Shown here piece after piece: positions 48,042-57,900 of a stretch of DNA of 64,000 nt. The stretch lies in the IMG/VR virus record IMGVR_UViG_3300019360_000001; one strand, 5' to 3'. The notes under the pieces were generated by a model. That model worked only from the letters and a program-made list of their open reading frames with translations, was not told where the DNA came from and did not search any database. This DNA is from a virus. A program made the position numbers and the translations under genes. Positions within the stretch are counted from its first letter, which is position 1, and every line of letters begins with the position of its first letter.

Positions 48042-51000
48042 ATGCCACCATTAGATAGTCCTTACATAGTAATTAGCGGACTCCCAACAGTTGGAGAGCA
48101 AGCAATCGATTTTCCTTCTGGTGTTTTCGGGATACCGCTACAAGCTCATTTATCTGCTTTAAATGCCTCATTTGGATTTGATCAAAATCCTCATAGATTT
48201 GAATTAGAATATATCCCAGAACAATTCTCTTATGAAACTTTACCACAAATAGGCTCTGGTGTTCAATTCAATATAGGGGAATTTTTGATCCAAGGCAGAA
48301 TTACACATGCCGATTTTTCTAAGTCAGCAAAAGGAAATGTAATTTCTGTTATTGTAGAAGATATAAGAAAAGATCTGTCGAACTTTTTCCTGGACACATA
48401 TGGGATTTTTGGTACATCGGATGCGCCAGCTACTAACGTTATAGATGTTCGTTATTGGTATATTAAAAACTTTGCAGAAACACGAGCATTTGGTCGTTCA
48501 AAAATTGCAAGAGACTTAGATTTATTAGATAGGCACGGAGCTTCTTATAGGCAAATATATGAAGCCATAAAATATTTTGAAGAACAACTTGGAACTGTTA
48601 ATGATTTAATTAGTAAAATACCTATCCCAGAAGTAATAGAGGCACAACTTCCATTTGATCCAGATTCTTATAGATGGCAATTTAAAGCACAGCCAATTTT
48701 AGAAGTATTATCTAAGATTATGGGTGATATATCATATAACTTTTATTGGAATATGGCAGATAAGAAAATAAATGTTATTAATAGAAAATTTGCTATTAAC
48801 ATAGATCGTACAAAAATTCCAGTGCCAAATGATCCTGCACCAATATTAAGTTTAAAATACGGACAAGACGAAGCAGAAAGAGCTACGTCTGTTAGAATAT
48901 ATGGCGCAGAAATGGAAGGACTAGTTGGCGTAGGAAGACTAAAAACAGAGAGCGGTGCATATGATATAGCTGCATCTGGTGCTATTGGTCATGATATTTA
49001 TGATTTGGGCATCATAACACAAGGCAGTATAAAAGGCCCACCAAGATTTGTTCCTGGATGGAGAAATGCCAAACTTAAGTATTTTGGCCCAGATGGTTCA
49101 ATAAGAATAGATAGGCCAACAGACAAAGAACTTAAAGCCGCTCTAAAAGGAATAGAATATTGGTCGATGGAAAAACATTTGGAGAATAGAATAGATGCGT
49201 CAACTATTAATCAGGACATAGGACCAACTACAGCAGTGATAAGTAGAGCAAGTGCATCTGGAATAGGATTTATTTCTAATAGAGGTCAGCCAGGACGAGA
49301 ATGGGTAGTCGAATGGTACAATAGGGTAAGAAACTTTGCGCAAAATCATTTTGCCAGAACTTATATTTTATCTAAAGATTCTGCGTTATATGATCAATTA
49401 GATGAATTTGATGTTGTATCAGCTGCTTGGTGTAATATAGAAAATCTAACAGATGATGTTTCATTTGAAGACAATTACAAAATAAAAGACAAATATAGAT
49501 GGCTTGCTCCTTTCTGGGAACATGATGCAAATAAAATGAGAGGATGGGCTTCTTTTGTTATTTTCTTTGGCCCGGCATATAGTGTTGTTGGTCCAAAATG
49601 GGGAGCAGATGGAAAAGGAACACCTGGACAATTTACATCTTATAATGATGAAGCAGGTCATCAATATGTTCCTGTAGAGTTTAAAAAGTGGGACAGAGCA
49701 GAAGATAAATTTCAGGAAGAATTCATAAAGCCTGTATTTGAAGACGAAAAAGGTTTAATGATAAGACTGCCAAATACTTGCTGGAGAAGATTTGATAACG
49801 GCCCTGATGCAAATTTGTCAAATAGACCAATATTAAGATTTTTCAGAAGAGCATATATTGGACAAACACAGATAGATATGATGAGCGACCCGGTAGCATA
49901 TGGAGATATATATGAAGAACTAACAGATGTTGCCATTCCTATTAAAGTAAAAAGAAGATATGGCACAAAATGGCCATCTCCTTGGGCATCTGGGACTGGA
50001 ATAGACAAAGAAATACAAATTATAGATGGTCTTGCTCCATGGGAATATGAACCAAGAGGACAAAAGAATTCTTGGGAATTAATGGAAGATGAAGCACGAA
50101 GTATTTTGGCCAGTAGAGTAGTAAATAGAAATATAGTAACATTTGCCGAAGTAACTAAGCTAGGACTTCCAATTATATCTTTTGATGGGTTTGCTAATCA
50201 AGATCTTACACCAGACGGATATGGTATAGTTAATCACGGAGTTACTAGCTTGAACATAACAAAAAATACTGGATGGTGGCAAACTAAGTATAATATTAAG
50301 AGTCACTTTCCTCAATTTGTAAGAATAAAACCAATCGAAGACAGAACCGAAGAAGATTTTGAGTTTGTTATTAGAAGACTTGAAGCAAGAATTCCCGTAA
50401 CACCTATTGAACCATTTTTGGCAGGAAACTTCTTAGATGATATGACAGAAGATGGACATGGAGTATTTACAAAGGATAATAAAACCTCTATAACTATTGC
50501 TGTTACTATTACCGATGTTTTCGATCCTGATACAAATCCATTTTATGTTGGCAAAGACGAAAAAGGAGTTGTTTGGCCTGCTGCATTTAGGGACATTGGA
50601 AGTCTAAGTACAGAAAGTTTACTATTTCAAGAAAGAAAAGCTTTGTGCATTGATGGATTCTTGCAAGTTGGAATGAGAGCTGTTTATCATTATGAAGACC
50701 TTGAAGATGGCTCTTTTACTCATTATTTTACTGGAGGTGTACAATTATCGGCCTCTAGAATAGTTGAATTGTTAGAGGCTCCTAAACTTATTGATTCTAT
50801 TTGGAGAGCTAGTGTTAAAACTGTTAGTGAGACAGTGCTTGATGCAGAAGGAAATCCTATAAATGTTCAATCTTTTACTATTAAAAATGTTCCTTTCTTG
50901 AGTCAACAATCAGTAGACACTACTCTTGAAACCGGAGATAAAATATTCATGGGTAGTAATGGCAATGAAAATAATATTATAAAGCCAAATTTCGATGTTA

Positions 51001-51362
51001 GCACAGGAAATGAAAATGGGGTAGGGAAAGACTCTGTACATTTAATTAATACTGGCGCTCCTGCAAATGTAGGAGCTGCAAGAGTAACTCAAAGACCAAA
51101 TGTTACAACAGGATTAAATGGTGCAATACAAACATTCAGCAGTGGCGGAGGAAGTTCTATAACTGATGGCCAAGTTATCGGCGGCCAAAAACAAAATATT
51201 AGATTTATTGGTGTTGAACTTGACCAAATAAGTGTAGGCGATCCATGTATTACTATTAGCGAAAAAGAACAAGGAGCTTCGGCCGAAACTCGTCTATTCT
51301 GCTTTATAACAAAGCCAACTTTCAGTCCTTTCCCGGCTAGTGGACCTTTGTTTACAGGATAA
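48042..51362 (+). CDS. Large tail-tip / baseplate hub-like protein
   Basis: 1106 aa; in the tail region; hub-like N-terminus. Confidence 0.5.
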   Translation: MPPLDSPYIVISGLPTVGEQAIDFPSGVFGIPLQAHLSALNASFGFDQNPHRFELEYIPEQFSYETLPQIGSGVQFNIGEFLIQGRITHADFSKSAKGNVISVIVEDIRKDLSNFFLDTYGIFGTSDAPATNVIDVRYWYIKNFAETRAFGRSKIARDLDLLDRHGASYRQIYEAIKYFEEQLGTVNDLISKIPIPEVIEAQLPFDPDSYRWQFKAQPILEVLSKIMGDISYNFYWNMADKKINVINRKFAINIDRTKIPVPNDPAPILSLKYGQDEAERATSVRIYGAEMEGLVGVGRLKTESGAYDIAASGAIGHDIYDLGIITQGSIKGPPRFVPGWRNAKLKYFGPDGSIRIDRPTDKELKAALKGIEYWSMEKHLENRIDASTINQDIGPTTAVISRASASGIGFISNRGQPGREWVVEWYNRVRNFAQNHFARTYILSKDSALYDQLDEFDVVSAAWCNIENLTDDVSFEDNYKIKDKYRWLAPFWEHDANKMRGWASFVIFFGPAYSVVGPKWGADGKGTPGQFTSYNDEAGHQYVPVEFKKWDRAEDKFQEEFIKPVFEDEKGLMIRLPNTCWRRFDNGPDANLSNRPILRFFRRAYIGQTQIDMMSDPVAYGDIYEELTDVAIPIKVKRRYGTKWPSPWASGTGIDKEIQIIDGLAPWEYEPRGQKNSWELMEDEARSILASRVVNRNIVTFAEVTKLGLPIISFDGFANQDLTPDGYGIVNHGVTSLNITKNTGWWQTKYNIKSHFPQFVRIKPIEDRTEEDFEFVIRRLEARIPVTPIEPFLAGNFLDDMTEDGHGVFTKDNKTSITIAVTITDVFDPDTNPFYVGKDEKGVVWPAAFRDIGSLSTESLLFQERKALCIDGFLQVGMRAVYHYEDLEDGSFTHYFTGGVQLSASRIVELLEAPKLIDSIWRASVKTVSETVLDAEGNPINVQSFTIKNVPFLSQQSVDTTLETGDKIFMGSNGNENNIIKPNFDVSTGNENGVGKDSVHLINTGAPANVGAARVTQRPNVTTGLNGAIQTFSSGGGSSITDGQVIGGQKQNIRFIGVELDQISVGDPCITISEKEQGASAETRLFCFITKPTFSPFPASGPLFTG

Positions 51363-51365
51363 TTA

Positions 51366-53177
51366 ATGGCATCTTCTAATAGAACGTTTGTATATAAAAA
51401 GCCTTCGCCTTTTGTAGTGCCACAAGTTTTCACAATAGAAGGATTACCTTCAATAAATATTCCAAGAGAAACTTTACACTATTCATCTGTTATAATTGAA
51501 GAGATAATGAAAAACATAAACGATGAATATGATTTTAGGGGAAGAACTAAGCCAGTATGGAAGGCATATAAAGCCGGAACAGATAACTTTACAACTTTTA
51601 GTCCAGATCCAGTTAATGGCAATAATTTATCAAGAGTTCCTATCAAGTTTTTCCCAACAATAGTCAGGGATATACAAATAGCTATAGAATCTCTTGTGAA
51701 AGATGATGGCTATCCAGATGATTTGCCATCTTATTTTGCAAGAATTTTTGGCAATGCTACTATACATAGGGCAAAAAATATATGGAACTCTTCTACTATA
51801 ATAAAAGATGGCTATGTTGTTCCGGCTACTAATTCTGAAGGCAAACAAACATTAAATCCATTTACAAATATATTAGAAGGCACTTGGCCATTTCCTGTAA
51901 ATACGGCAGATTACTTTTCAGACAATCATGTATCTAATCCGCTTGCTAGAATTGGCGTTGATATGCATGGCGATAAATATATTCAAACAGGAAAAGATTT
52001 TATTGAAACATCTGCTCAAGATTTCCCAGAACCACAAATTGGCAAGCAAAGGACAGAAGAAGGATTAACTATAGTTAACGGTCAAACTATTTCAAATCCT
52101 AGAAGTACATTAACAGGAATAGATGGTTTTGAACTTCCAATGAGACCAGAAGGCAGACCAACTTCTAATAGGGAAAATCAGCAAAATACAAGCACAGTAT
52201 TTGGAATGGGCCAAGTAGATTTAGATGCCGGTTACGGATATATGGGGCATCATCCTTTGGTTGTTGAACAACTTAGATGGCAACCACCAATTATAGAAAA
52301 ATTTTTTGGACCAGATTCTATTAAAGATGCTCATTACACATCTAGGGTAATATCAAATACAACTATTAATTTGCCATTTGTTTATTCTAATCCAGTAGAG
52401 AAAACTTGGTTTCTAAATTGGGGAAACTGGCTAGTAAAAGGAAAAGCTAGTTCAAGTAGCACAGGATTATCATTAACTGCTTCGCCAGATCAATTTAATG
52501 GTTTTATATTTACCGATTGTCCTTTCCCGGTATTTTATCCTCCTTCAACTGTTACATGTTCATGTAGAGCGGGAGATACTTCGTATGCTGTTTGGGGCGC
52601 TGGAGGGTTAGAAGATGTTCTGGAATTTAATAAAACATTCATATTCCAAACTGGATCTCCTCATACATTGCCTAAAAGAATAGGTCCTAAAACCAGAATA
52701 AGGGTCAAACATACGTATACAGTAAGTCAAGGAAGTCCAAATCCAAGACATTATTATGCGGTGATGGCTAGATTTAATGCAATTTCTTCTATTAATTTAC
52801 AACCATTTATTCCTATTTATGTTGCAGAAGGAAGCAGTCCAGACTCAACTTTATTAGATTTCTTTAAAGTTAAAGATATGGACGTACAGTCTCATTCAGA
52901 TGGGGCAAAAAGTGTTAATATTATAGATGCAATTAAAAAAAGCTATACACAATATAATCAGACCACGGACTTTATATTGGCGATTGGAATATTTGTTAGA
53001 CAAGAAGTTGGTTCAAGTAAAATATGTCCTGTTATAGATGTTTCTGGCGGAAGTATTGTAAGCCCAAGTTGTGCTAGCTCATTAGTATGTACAATGGGTG
53101 AAATTAAAACAGAAACATCGTATTTAATGCTTTGGGAACCTCCATTAGAAGAAAATGACATAAGGCTATCCACTTAA
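51366..53177 (+). CDS. Putative tail structural protein
   Basis: Co-transcribed with tail genes; no clear motif. Confidence 0.45.
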   Translation: MASSNRTFVYKKPSPFVVPQVFTIEGLPSINIPRETLHYSSVIIEEIMKNINDEYDFRGRTKPVWKAYKAGTDNFTTFSPDPVNGNNLSRVPIKFFPTIVRDIQIAIESLVKDDGYPDDLPSYFARIFGNATIHRAKNIWNSSTIIKDGYVVPATNSEGKQTLNPFTNILEGTWPFPVNTADYFSDNHVSNPLARIGVDMHGDKYIQTGKDFIETSAQDFPEPQIGKQRTEEGLTIVNGQTISNPRSTLTGIDGFELPMRPEGRPTSNRENQQNTSTVFGMGQVDLDAGYGYMGHHPLVVEQLRWQPPIIEKFFGPDSIKDAHYTSRVISNTTINLPFVYSNPVEKTWFLNWGNWLVKGKASSSSTGLSLTASPDQFNGFIFTDCPFPVFYPPSTVTCSCRAGDTSYAVWGAGGLEDVLEFNKTFIFQTGSPHTLPKRIGPKTRIRVKHTYTVSQGSPNPRHYYAVMARFNAISSINLQPFIPIYVAEGSSPDSTLLDFFKVKDMDVQSHSDGAKSVNIIDAIKKSYTQYNQTTDFILAIGIFVRQEVGSSKICPVIDVSGGSIVSPSCASSLVCTMGEIKTETSYLMLWEPPLEENDIRLST

Positions 53178-53194
53178 GAGCGTAATATTATAAA
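53176..53194 (+). promoter_or_regulatory. Candidate phage late promoter (AAGAGCGTAATAT)
   Basis: Same motif and same placement before an AAGGAG RBS as at 15416. Confidence 0.5.
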
Positions 53195-53205
53195 GGAGAA
53201 TAAAA

Positions 53206-53907
53206 ATGGCTAATTTAGGGACAATTAGGTTTAGATCGGCCAGAGCAAGCGGCTTGCAAATTTCACAGTTGGGTTCTGGCTTGTTTGATTTTTTGGGCTT
53301 TTTCGGTGCTGCCGGACATGAAGAAGGTATTGAAATAGGTTCGTATAATGACACGTCTATTGTTGTTACAGAACTTGGAATTCCACAATTTACGACTTTT
53401 GGCGGATCCAGCTATTGCACAAACTGTAAATTTATAACCAGTACAACGGCTCAAATATCAGGATTGCCAGCAGGACCTTATATTAAGCCAATTAATCAAA
53501 TAAACGTATTTCATCCTGGAAACTTAACTACTGCACCCAACTTTAGGAATAGAGCTTCTGGTACTTTATTAGTTCAATATACTGCATCTGGAACATCTAA
53601 AGTTCATACATTTAATGCTAAGATGTATGGGTATGATAGATTTGGCGCAGTTACAGATCCGCCTCCTAATGTTACTGTTCTTGGATTTGAAATTAATGCA
53701 AGCGGACTATTTAAAAATGCAGCCCATTCTGGACAATGGCACAATATGATGGGGAGAGACGACGCATTGGAATTTGTAGACCATTCTCCAATGTTTGGAT
53801 ATCGTGATGCCCATACGCATCTATGGGTTGCCGCAATAACTTGTAGGGCCAACTCAGTTGGTATTTTAAATGAGTGGGCAATTGCAATGCAACTTCAGTT
53901 CGTTTAA
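53206..53907 (+). CDS. Putative virion protein, Ser-Gly rich
   Basis: AAGGAG RBS; last gene of the structural strand; seven SG dipeptides. Confidence 0.55.
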   Translation: MANLGTIRFRSARASGLQISQLGSGLFDFLGFFGAAGHEEGIEIGSYNDTSIVVTELGIPQFTTFGGSSYCTNCKFITSTTAQISGLPAGPYIKPINQINVFHPGNLTTAPNFRNRASGTLLVQYTASGTSKVHTFNAKMYGYDRFGAVTDPPPNVTVLGFEINASGLFKNAAHSGQWHNMMGRDDALEFVDHSPMFGYRDAHTHLWVAAITCRANSVGILNEWAIAMQLQFV

Positions 53908-54381
53908 TCACTTTCCGCTTAGATCTACTTCTAAATCTTTATCGTCTAACATAATGCCCAAAAAAGGTCTAGAATTTTCATGGCTTTCTTCTATTTCATG
54001 CCACTCTATTTCTTTTTCTGTAGTGCTAGCATTAATGCATAGATTTATAATAGAGTTAATGTTGTCATCGTAAACATAAATGTTAATTCTTCCAAGTGCC
54101 ACGTTGCATATTTCTAAATTTAGATCTTTAATTTCTTTGTTCCACCTTACTATTTTAGTGATCATTGTTTTTAGACGTTCTTTTACCTCTTCTTTTTTCC
54201 ATATAATTTTATCTTTTTCTTTTTGGTTTGTGCTAGTTAAATTTTCTAATTTTTCTCCAAGCAAAACCAGAGTAACATAGTCTTTGTTTGCTTTTACTAG
54301 GTCTCTACAATATGACTTTATTAATGGCAACATTTTTATTGCATTCTTGACGGTATAATATTTTGGCTGCTTTTTTGCCAT
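53908..54381 (-). CDS. DUF2203-like protein
   Basis: YYTVKNAIKMLPLI..coiled coil..GRINI..LC..IEWHE..SRP resembles the DUF2203 pattern. Confidence 0.6.
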   Translation of the reverse strand: MAKKQPKYYTVKNAIKMLPLIKSYCRDLVKANKDYVTLVLLGEKLENLTSTNQKEKDKIIWKKEEVKERLKTMITKIVRWNKEIKDLNLEICNVALGRINIYVYDDNINSIINLCINASTTEKEIEWHEIEESHENSRPFLGIMLDDKDLEVDLSGK

Positions 54382-55346
54382 AGAATTTCTTTTATTTTTG
54401 CCAGAACTTTTTCCAAATTAACGTTTAAACATCCGTTTTTATAACATTCTCCTATATTGTTTACGTTATGTTGGCAAAAAATCCTTTTGTCGCAATTATT
54501 CGCCGCTATTAATGCATTCTTATTAAAAGGTCTATTCTTTATTATTGAAGTAAAAAGGAAGATAGTAACTGTTGGAACATTAAGTGCGGCAGCAATGTGT
54601 TGTGGGGCATTATCAGACCCTATTAGTATTTTAGACATTCCAATTAGTGCGGCCGAAGTTTTTATATCGGCAAACACACCAACAGCATTATATACATTTT
54701 TATTACTGGAGACAAGGCCCAATACACTTTCGGCATCTGATTTATCTTCTTGTCCCCCTAATAAAACTATGTCAAAATTTGGATACTGTAATTGCAAAGA
54801 ATCTATTAGCTTGGCGAAATTTTGATGTCCCCAAAATTTAAGACTCCAATGGTCCATTTTATTGTTTGCGACACTTACACAAATAATGTCTTTTTTAATA
54901 TCCTTTACAAATTCTTTTGCTTCTTCTATATTGTATTCAAATATAGACATCTCGGTAGTTGGTGTTTCGCCTATAAAACCAAGTTTTTTGGCGAATTCCA
55001 TCTTAAATTCTACTTCATGCTTTCCCCAACAAGGACCTATATTTAGCTTATATTTATTTTTAGATAGCTTAATTAATTCGTTAGACAAAGATTCTATAGA
55101 TCCTACTGGCGAAATTATTAAATGATCGATAGATGGATAGCAATTATTTAATATTCTTGGTCCATGGTCAGAAGATAGTATTGTGTCTATAAAACTTAAG
55201 CCTTCTAAAACTCTATTAGACCTGTTCCAGCCAATATATATAAGTTCACAATTTGGCTTAATTGACTTAATGGCTTTTAAACAAGGAGTTGAAAGAATAG
55301 CATTTCCTATGCCAGAATTTTCAATATATACTATTTTCTCTCTCAT
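54336..55346 (-). CDS. Glycosyltransferase family 9 (heptosyltransferase-like)
   Basis: GIGNAILSTP.LKAIK, HEVE, KFWG..NFAKL, IVLLGG, IGSDNAPQHIAAALNVPTV. Confidence 0.85.
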   Translation of the reverse strand: MREKIVYIENSGIGNAILSTPCLKAIKSIKPNCELIYIGWNRSNRVLEGLSFIDTILSSDHGPRILNNCYPSIDHLIISPVGSIESLSNELIKLSKNKYKLNIGPCWGKHEVEFKMEFAKKLGFIGETPTTEMSIFEYNIEEAKEFVKDIKKDIICVSVANNKMDHWSLKFWGHQNFAKLIDSLQLQYPNFDIVLLGGQEDKSDAESVLGLVSSNKNVYNAVGVFADIKTSAALIGMSKILIGSDNAPQHIAAALNVPTVTIFLFTSIIKNRPFNKNALIAANNCDKRIFCQHNVNNIGECYKNGCLNVNLEKVLAKIKEILWQKSSQNIIPSRMQ

Positions 55347-56101
55347 TGTGAGAACTTTTTAAAGTTTGGGTGAGATTTAATAATTTCTGGATATTCTCCG
55401 GTGTATTTTTTAAAAACTACACCATTTTTAAATACTTTATCATTTTCGTCTAAATTCCAGCTAAATTGCCCATGTAGATATATTCTTTCTTTTCTTTTTT
55501 CAAGAAATCTTTTAGGCGACTTACAGTAACTAAAATGGAAAAACTCTATGTCTTTACAACTCAAAGAATGATCATTAATTATTGATTTATCATAACTTAT
55601 GTCATTTGGCGCAACAAATGTATATTTATTAACATCTTTATCTATTTTAAATAGTCTTGGAAACTCAATTGGACAATAATCTACAAAATTATTAACAAAT
55701 GTCAAAGACTGGAATCTATAAACCAATTCTTTTTTATTAGTGTTAATTAGGCTTTTTACCCTATTTATGTTTGCCGTATCATATATTTCGTCGGCATCTA
55801 TTAGCCAGAGCCAATGAGGTTCTTTTGGACAATACTGGAAATATCTATTTCTTTGTTCTAATTGACTATTATCATTATGATGAAACAGCTTAATCTTACT
55901 ATTTTGACTTGCAATCTGTTTTAATATCTCTATAGAACCGTCACAGGATCGTTTATTGCCGTTTATTTTATAGTATTCGAGCCAAGATCCTTCTACTATA
56001 ATAAGTTCGTCTAAATGGTCTATAATGGCCTTTATCACATATGAGATAAAATCTACCTCATTAAAGCAACACAAAAAGCCAATAGTCTTTATTGTTCCCA
56101 A
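55343..56101 (-). CDS. GT-A fold glycosyltransferase (family 2-like)
   Basis: FNEVDFI, IIVEGS..SCDGS.EIL, QRN, WLIDADE (DxD), FFHFSY. Confidence 0.82.
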   Translation of the reverse strand: MGTIKTIGFLCCFNEVDFISYVIKAIIDHLDELIIVEGSWLEYYKINGNKRSCDGSIEILKQIASQNSKIKLFHHNDNSQLEQRNRYFQYCPKEPHWLWLIDADEIYDTANINRVKSLINTNKKELVYRFQSLTFVNNFVDYCPIEFPRLFKIDKDVNKYTFVAPNDISYDKSIINDHSLSCKDIEFFHFSYCKSPKRFLEKRKERIYLHGQFSWNLDENDKVFKNGVVFKKYTGEYPEIIKSHPNFKKFSQ

Positions 56102-56640
56102 ATTAATTTACCAGCTGGCTTTCTTTGTGGCATAATAGCAATTAAAGCAGAATATCCTGGCAATGTTGTTATTATCTTATATTCCACTTTATACTTATCA
56201 AACACATTCTTTACTAGCGTAGCTTTACCAAATTGCCATCTTTCAATTGGCTGACTATCATCTATAATAAGAATTGCACCTTTATTAAGACAGGCTGCTT
56301 TATACTGCTCTAAAGTATATACTGGATCTTTATGAGAATCAAGATATAGAAAAGATATATTCCTGTCCAACTTTTTTATTGTTTCTGCTCCATCTCCAAG
56401 TAAAATTCTTTCTTCATCCAGTCTATGTTGATTTAGAACTTTTTTAGCCAATTCAACGGTATCTTTGTCGTTGTCTATTGAAATAAAATTTATATCATTG
56501 TCGGTGCAGTACTTGAGCAAATATAATGTAGAATACCCATCCTCTTCGCTCTCAAATTCAGATCGCAAACACCCGACCTCGAAAACAGGCCCAACAGGAG
56601 CCATTGGTAAATATTTTAACAAAAGTTCTGCTTTATTCAT
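56089..56640 (-). CDS. Class I SAM-dependent methyltransferase
   Basis: VFEVGC, FISID, GDG, FLYLDSH, ILIIDD. Confidence 0.78.
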   Translation of the reverse strand: MNKAELLLKYLPMAPVGPVFEVGCLRSEFESEEDGYSTLYLLKYCTDNDINFISIDNDKDTVELAKKVLNQHRLDEERILLGDGAETIKKLDRNISFLYLDSHKDPVYTLEQYKAACLNKGAILIIDDSQPIERWQFGKATLVKNVFDKYKVEYKIITTLPGYSALIAIMPQRKPAGKLIWEQ

Positions 56641-56649
56641 TTTTTGTCC

Positions 56650-57036
56650 TCAATATATTAATACATTACTTTTAAACATCTTATCAGATGCTACATGAAA
56701 CTCTTCTTCGGATATTTCTATAATACTGCCCCTTTCCATAAAAGATTTTGGGACTGTATATATCGTTATTTCTTTAATTTCATCTGAAGTTGTTTCAAAA
56801 GTTAATATTTCATACCTATTAACATCATCTCCAACTATTTTAATGTAAAGCCACCAAAATTCAGTCAAAGAATAACTATTTTTAACTTTAAAGTATTTGC
56901 CGATATTTTTTTTGAGCTTTGGGACATTAATTTTGTCCAATTTATCTTGTAACTCTTCTATATTGCTTGTTATTTTCTCTCTTTTCTTTTGTAATTGTGA
57001 TATTTTATAATCTATCTTTTTAGCTGCATTTTTCAT
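56650..57036 (-). CDS. Hypothetical protein
   Basis: AGGAG RBS; N-terminal coiled coil. Confidence 0.55.
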   Translation of the reverse strand: MKNAAKKIDYKISQLQKKREKITSNIEELQDKLDKINVPKLKKNIGKYFKVKNSYSLTEFWWLYIKIVGDDVNRYEILTFETTSDEIKEITIYTVPKSFMERGSIIEISEEEFHVASDKMFKSNVLIY

Positions 57037-57045
57037 ATTTCTCCT

Positions 57046-57651
57046 TTAAGCTACTTTTGTACCATTAACAATAATGTCTTTACCAGAAATTATATCGTCT
57101 AGGTCTTCTTTTATATCTCGTCCAGTTATTTCATAACCCACCATTGACCATCCTGTTATAATAGGAGGCCTTGCAAAAATTTCTATCCTAGGCAAATCTC
57201 CGACTAATTCAACCATCTTGTCCCTAAAAATAGCAGGCTTCGTAGAATGTGGCTTTAAAACCGGAGCCTCAATGGTTTGTTTTACGTTGTTTGATTTTCT
57301 GCTTATCTTGCCTTTTTTGCCTAATAGACAAAGTTCCACATCGTTTCTGCACCAAAATCCAAGCCCAGTATAAGGCTTTCCTGATTTATAAATTTTCCTC
57401 CAGCAAAATGCTAGTGTTACAGGCTTAAAATTCCAGGCGTTAAAAAGCTCCAAGTGTGCTCCGTCTACAATTTTTGTACATGGAATCCATAAAAACATCA
57501 CAGCATTATCGTCGGCAATTTCGCCTATTGGCAATTTACATAACTGTTCAATTGTTAGACCATTGTAATGTTTTTTAGGAGAGCCATGTTTTTTCTCTGT
57601 AAAATTACGGAAAAGATATGGCGGATCTAAAAGCAAAATTTTGTGCTTCAT
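57046..57651 (-). CDS. MT-A70 family N6-adenine methyltransferase
   Basis: LLDPPY, LPIGEIADDNAVMFLW, GLGFWCR..E.CLLG, HSTKP, LPRIEIFAR. Confidence 0.9.
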   Translation of the reverse strand: MKHKILLLDPPYLFRNFTEKKHGSPKKHYNGLTIEQLCKLPIGEIADDNAVMFLWIPCTKIVDGAHLELFNAWNFKPVTLAFCWRKIYKSGKPYTGLGFWCRNDVELCLLGKKGKISRKSNNVKQTIEAPVLKPHSTKPAIFRDKMVELVGDLPRIEIFARPPIITGWSMVGYEITGRDIKEDLDDIISGKDIIVNGTKVA

Positions 57652-57730
57652 TTAAATTACTTCCTTTTTTGCACCCAGCCATCCATTTTTATAGTTAAAA
57701 ACATATTTATTAGACTTTTGAAACACTGCA

Positions 57731-57900
57731 TTGATATGATACACCCTCGACTAAACGTCGAGGGTTTCTGGTTATCTAATTTAGACATAGCCTAAACTCC
57801 TTCCCAGTTTAGGGATTACCATTAAGCCCCACCTTAAGTTTCTGATTACTTGAGGTTTGACCATACCGCTTTGCTATGTTAAACGCAGCATTAGCATCAC
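57731..57900 (-). ncRNA. Predicted TnpB omegaRNA (reRNA) scaffold; 5' limit approximate
   Basis: Region from the tnpB 3' end to the IS right end, including the perfect 9-bp hairpin ACCCTCGAC-TAAAC-GTCGAGGGT. Confidence 0.55.

Noticed and set aside
34155-53907. TCTGG as a DNA-level repeat explaining the Ser-Gly excess
   Set aside because: The SG motifs use many different Ser and Gly codons and stay in frame.
193-53911. Many minus-strand ORFs of 60-240 aa, such as 28863-29576
   Set aside because: They are antisense shadows of long plus-strand genes and carry no motifs.
57743-57765. Hairpin as a simple terminator
   Set aside because: There is no U tract on the tnpB strand; position and loop match an IS200/IS605 right end.
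57650-57810. CRISPR array next to the TnpB/Cas12f-like gene
   Set aside because: No repeat-spacer series was seen; there is only one IS right-end hairpin, and a tnpA fragment is adjacent.
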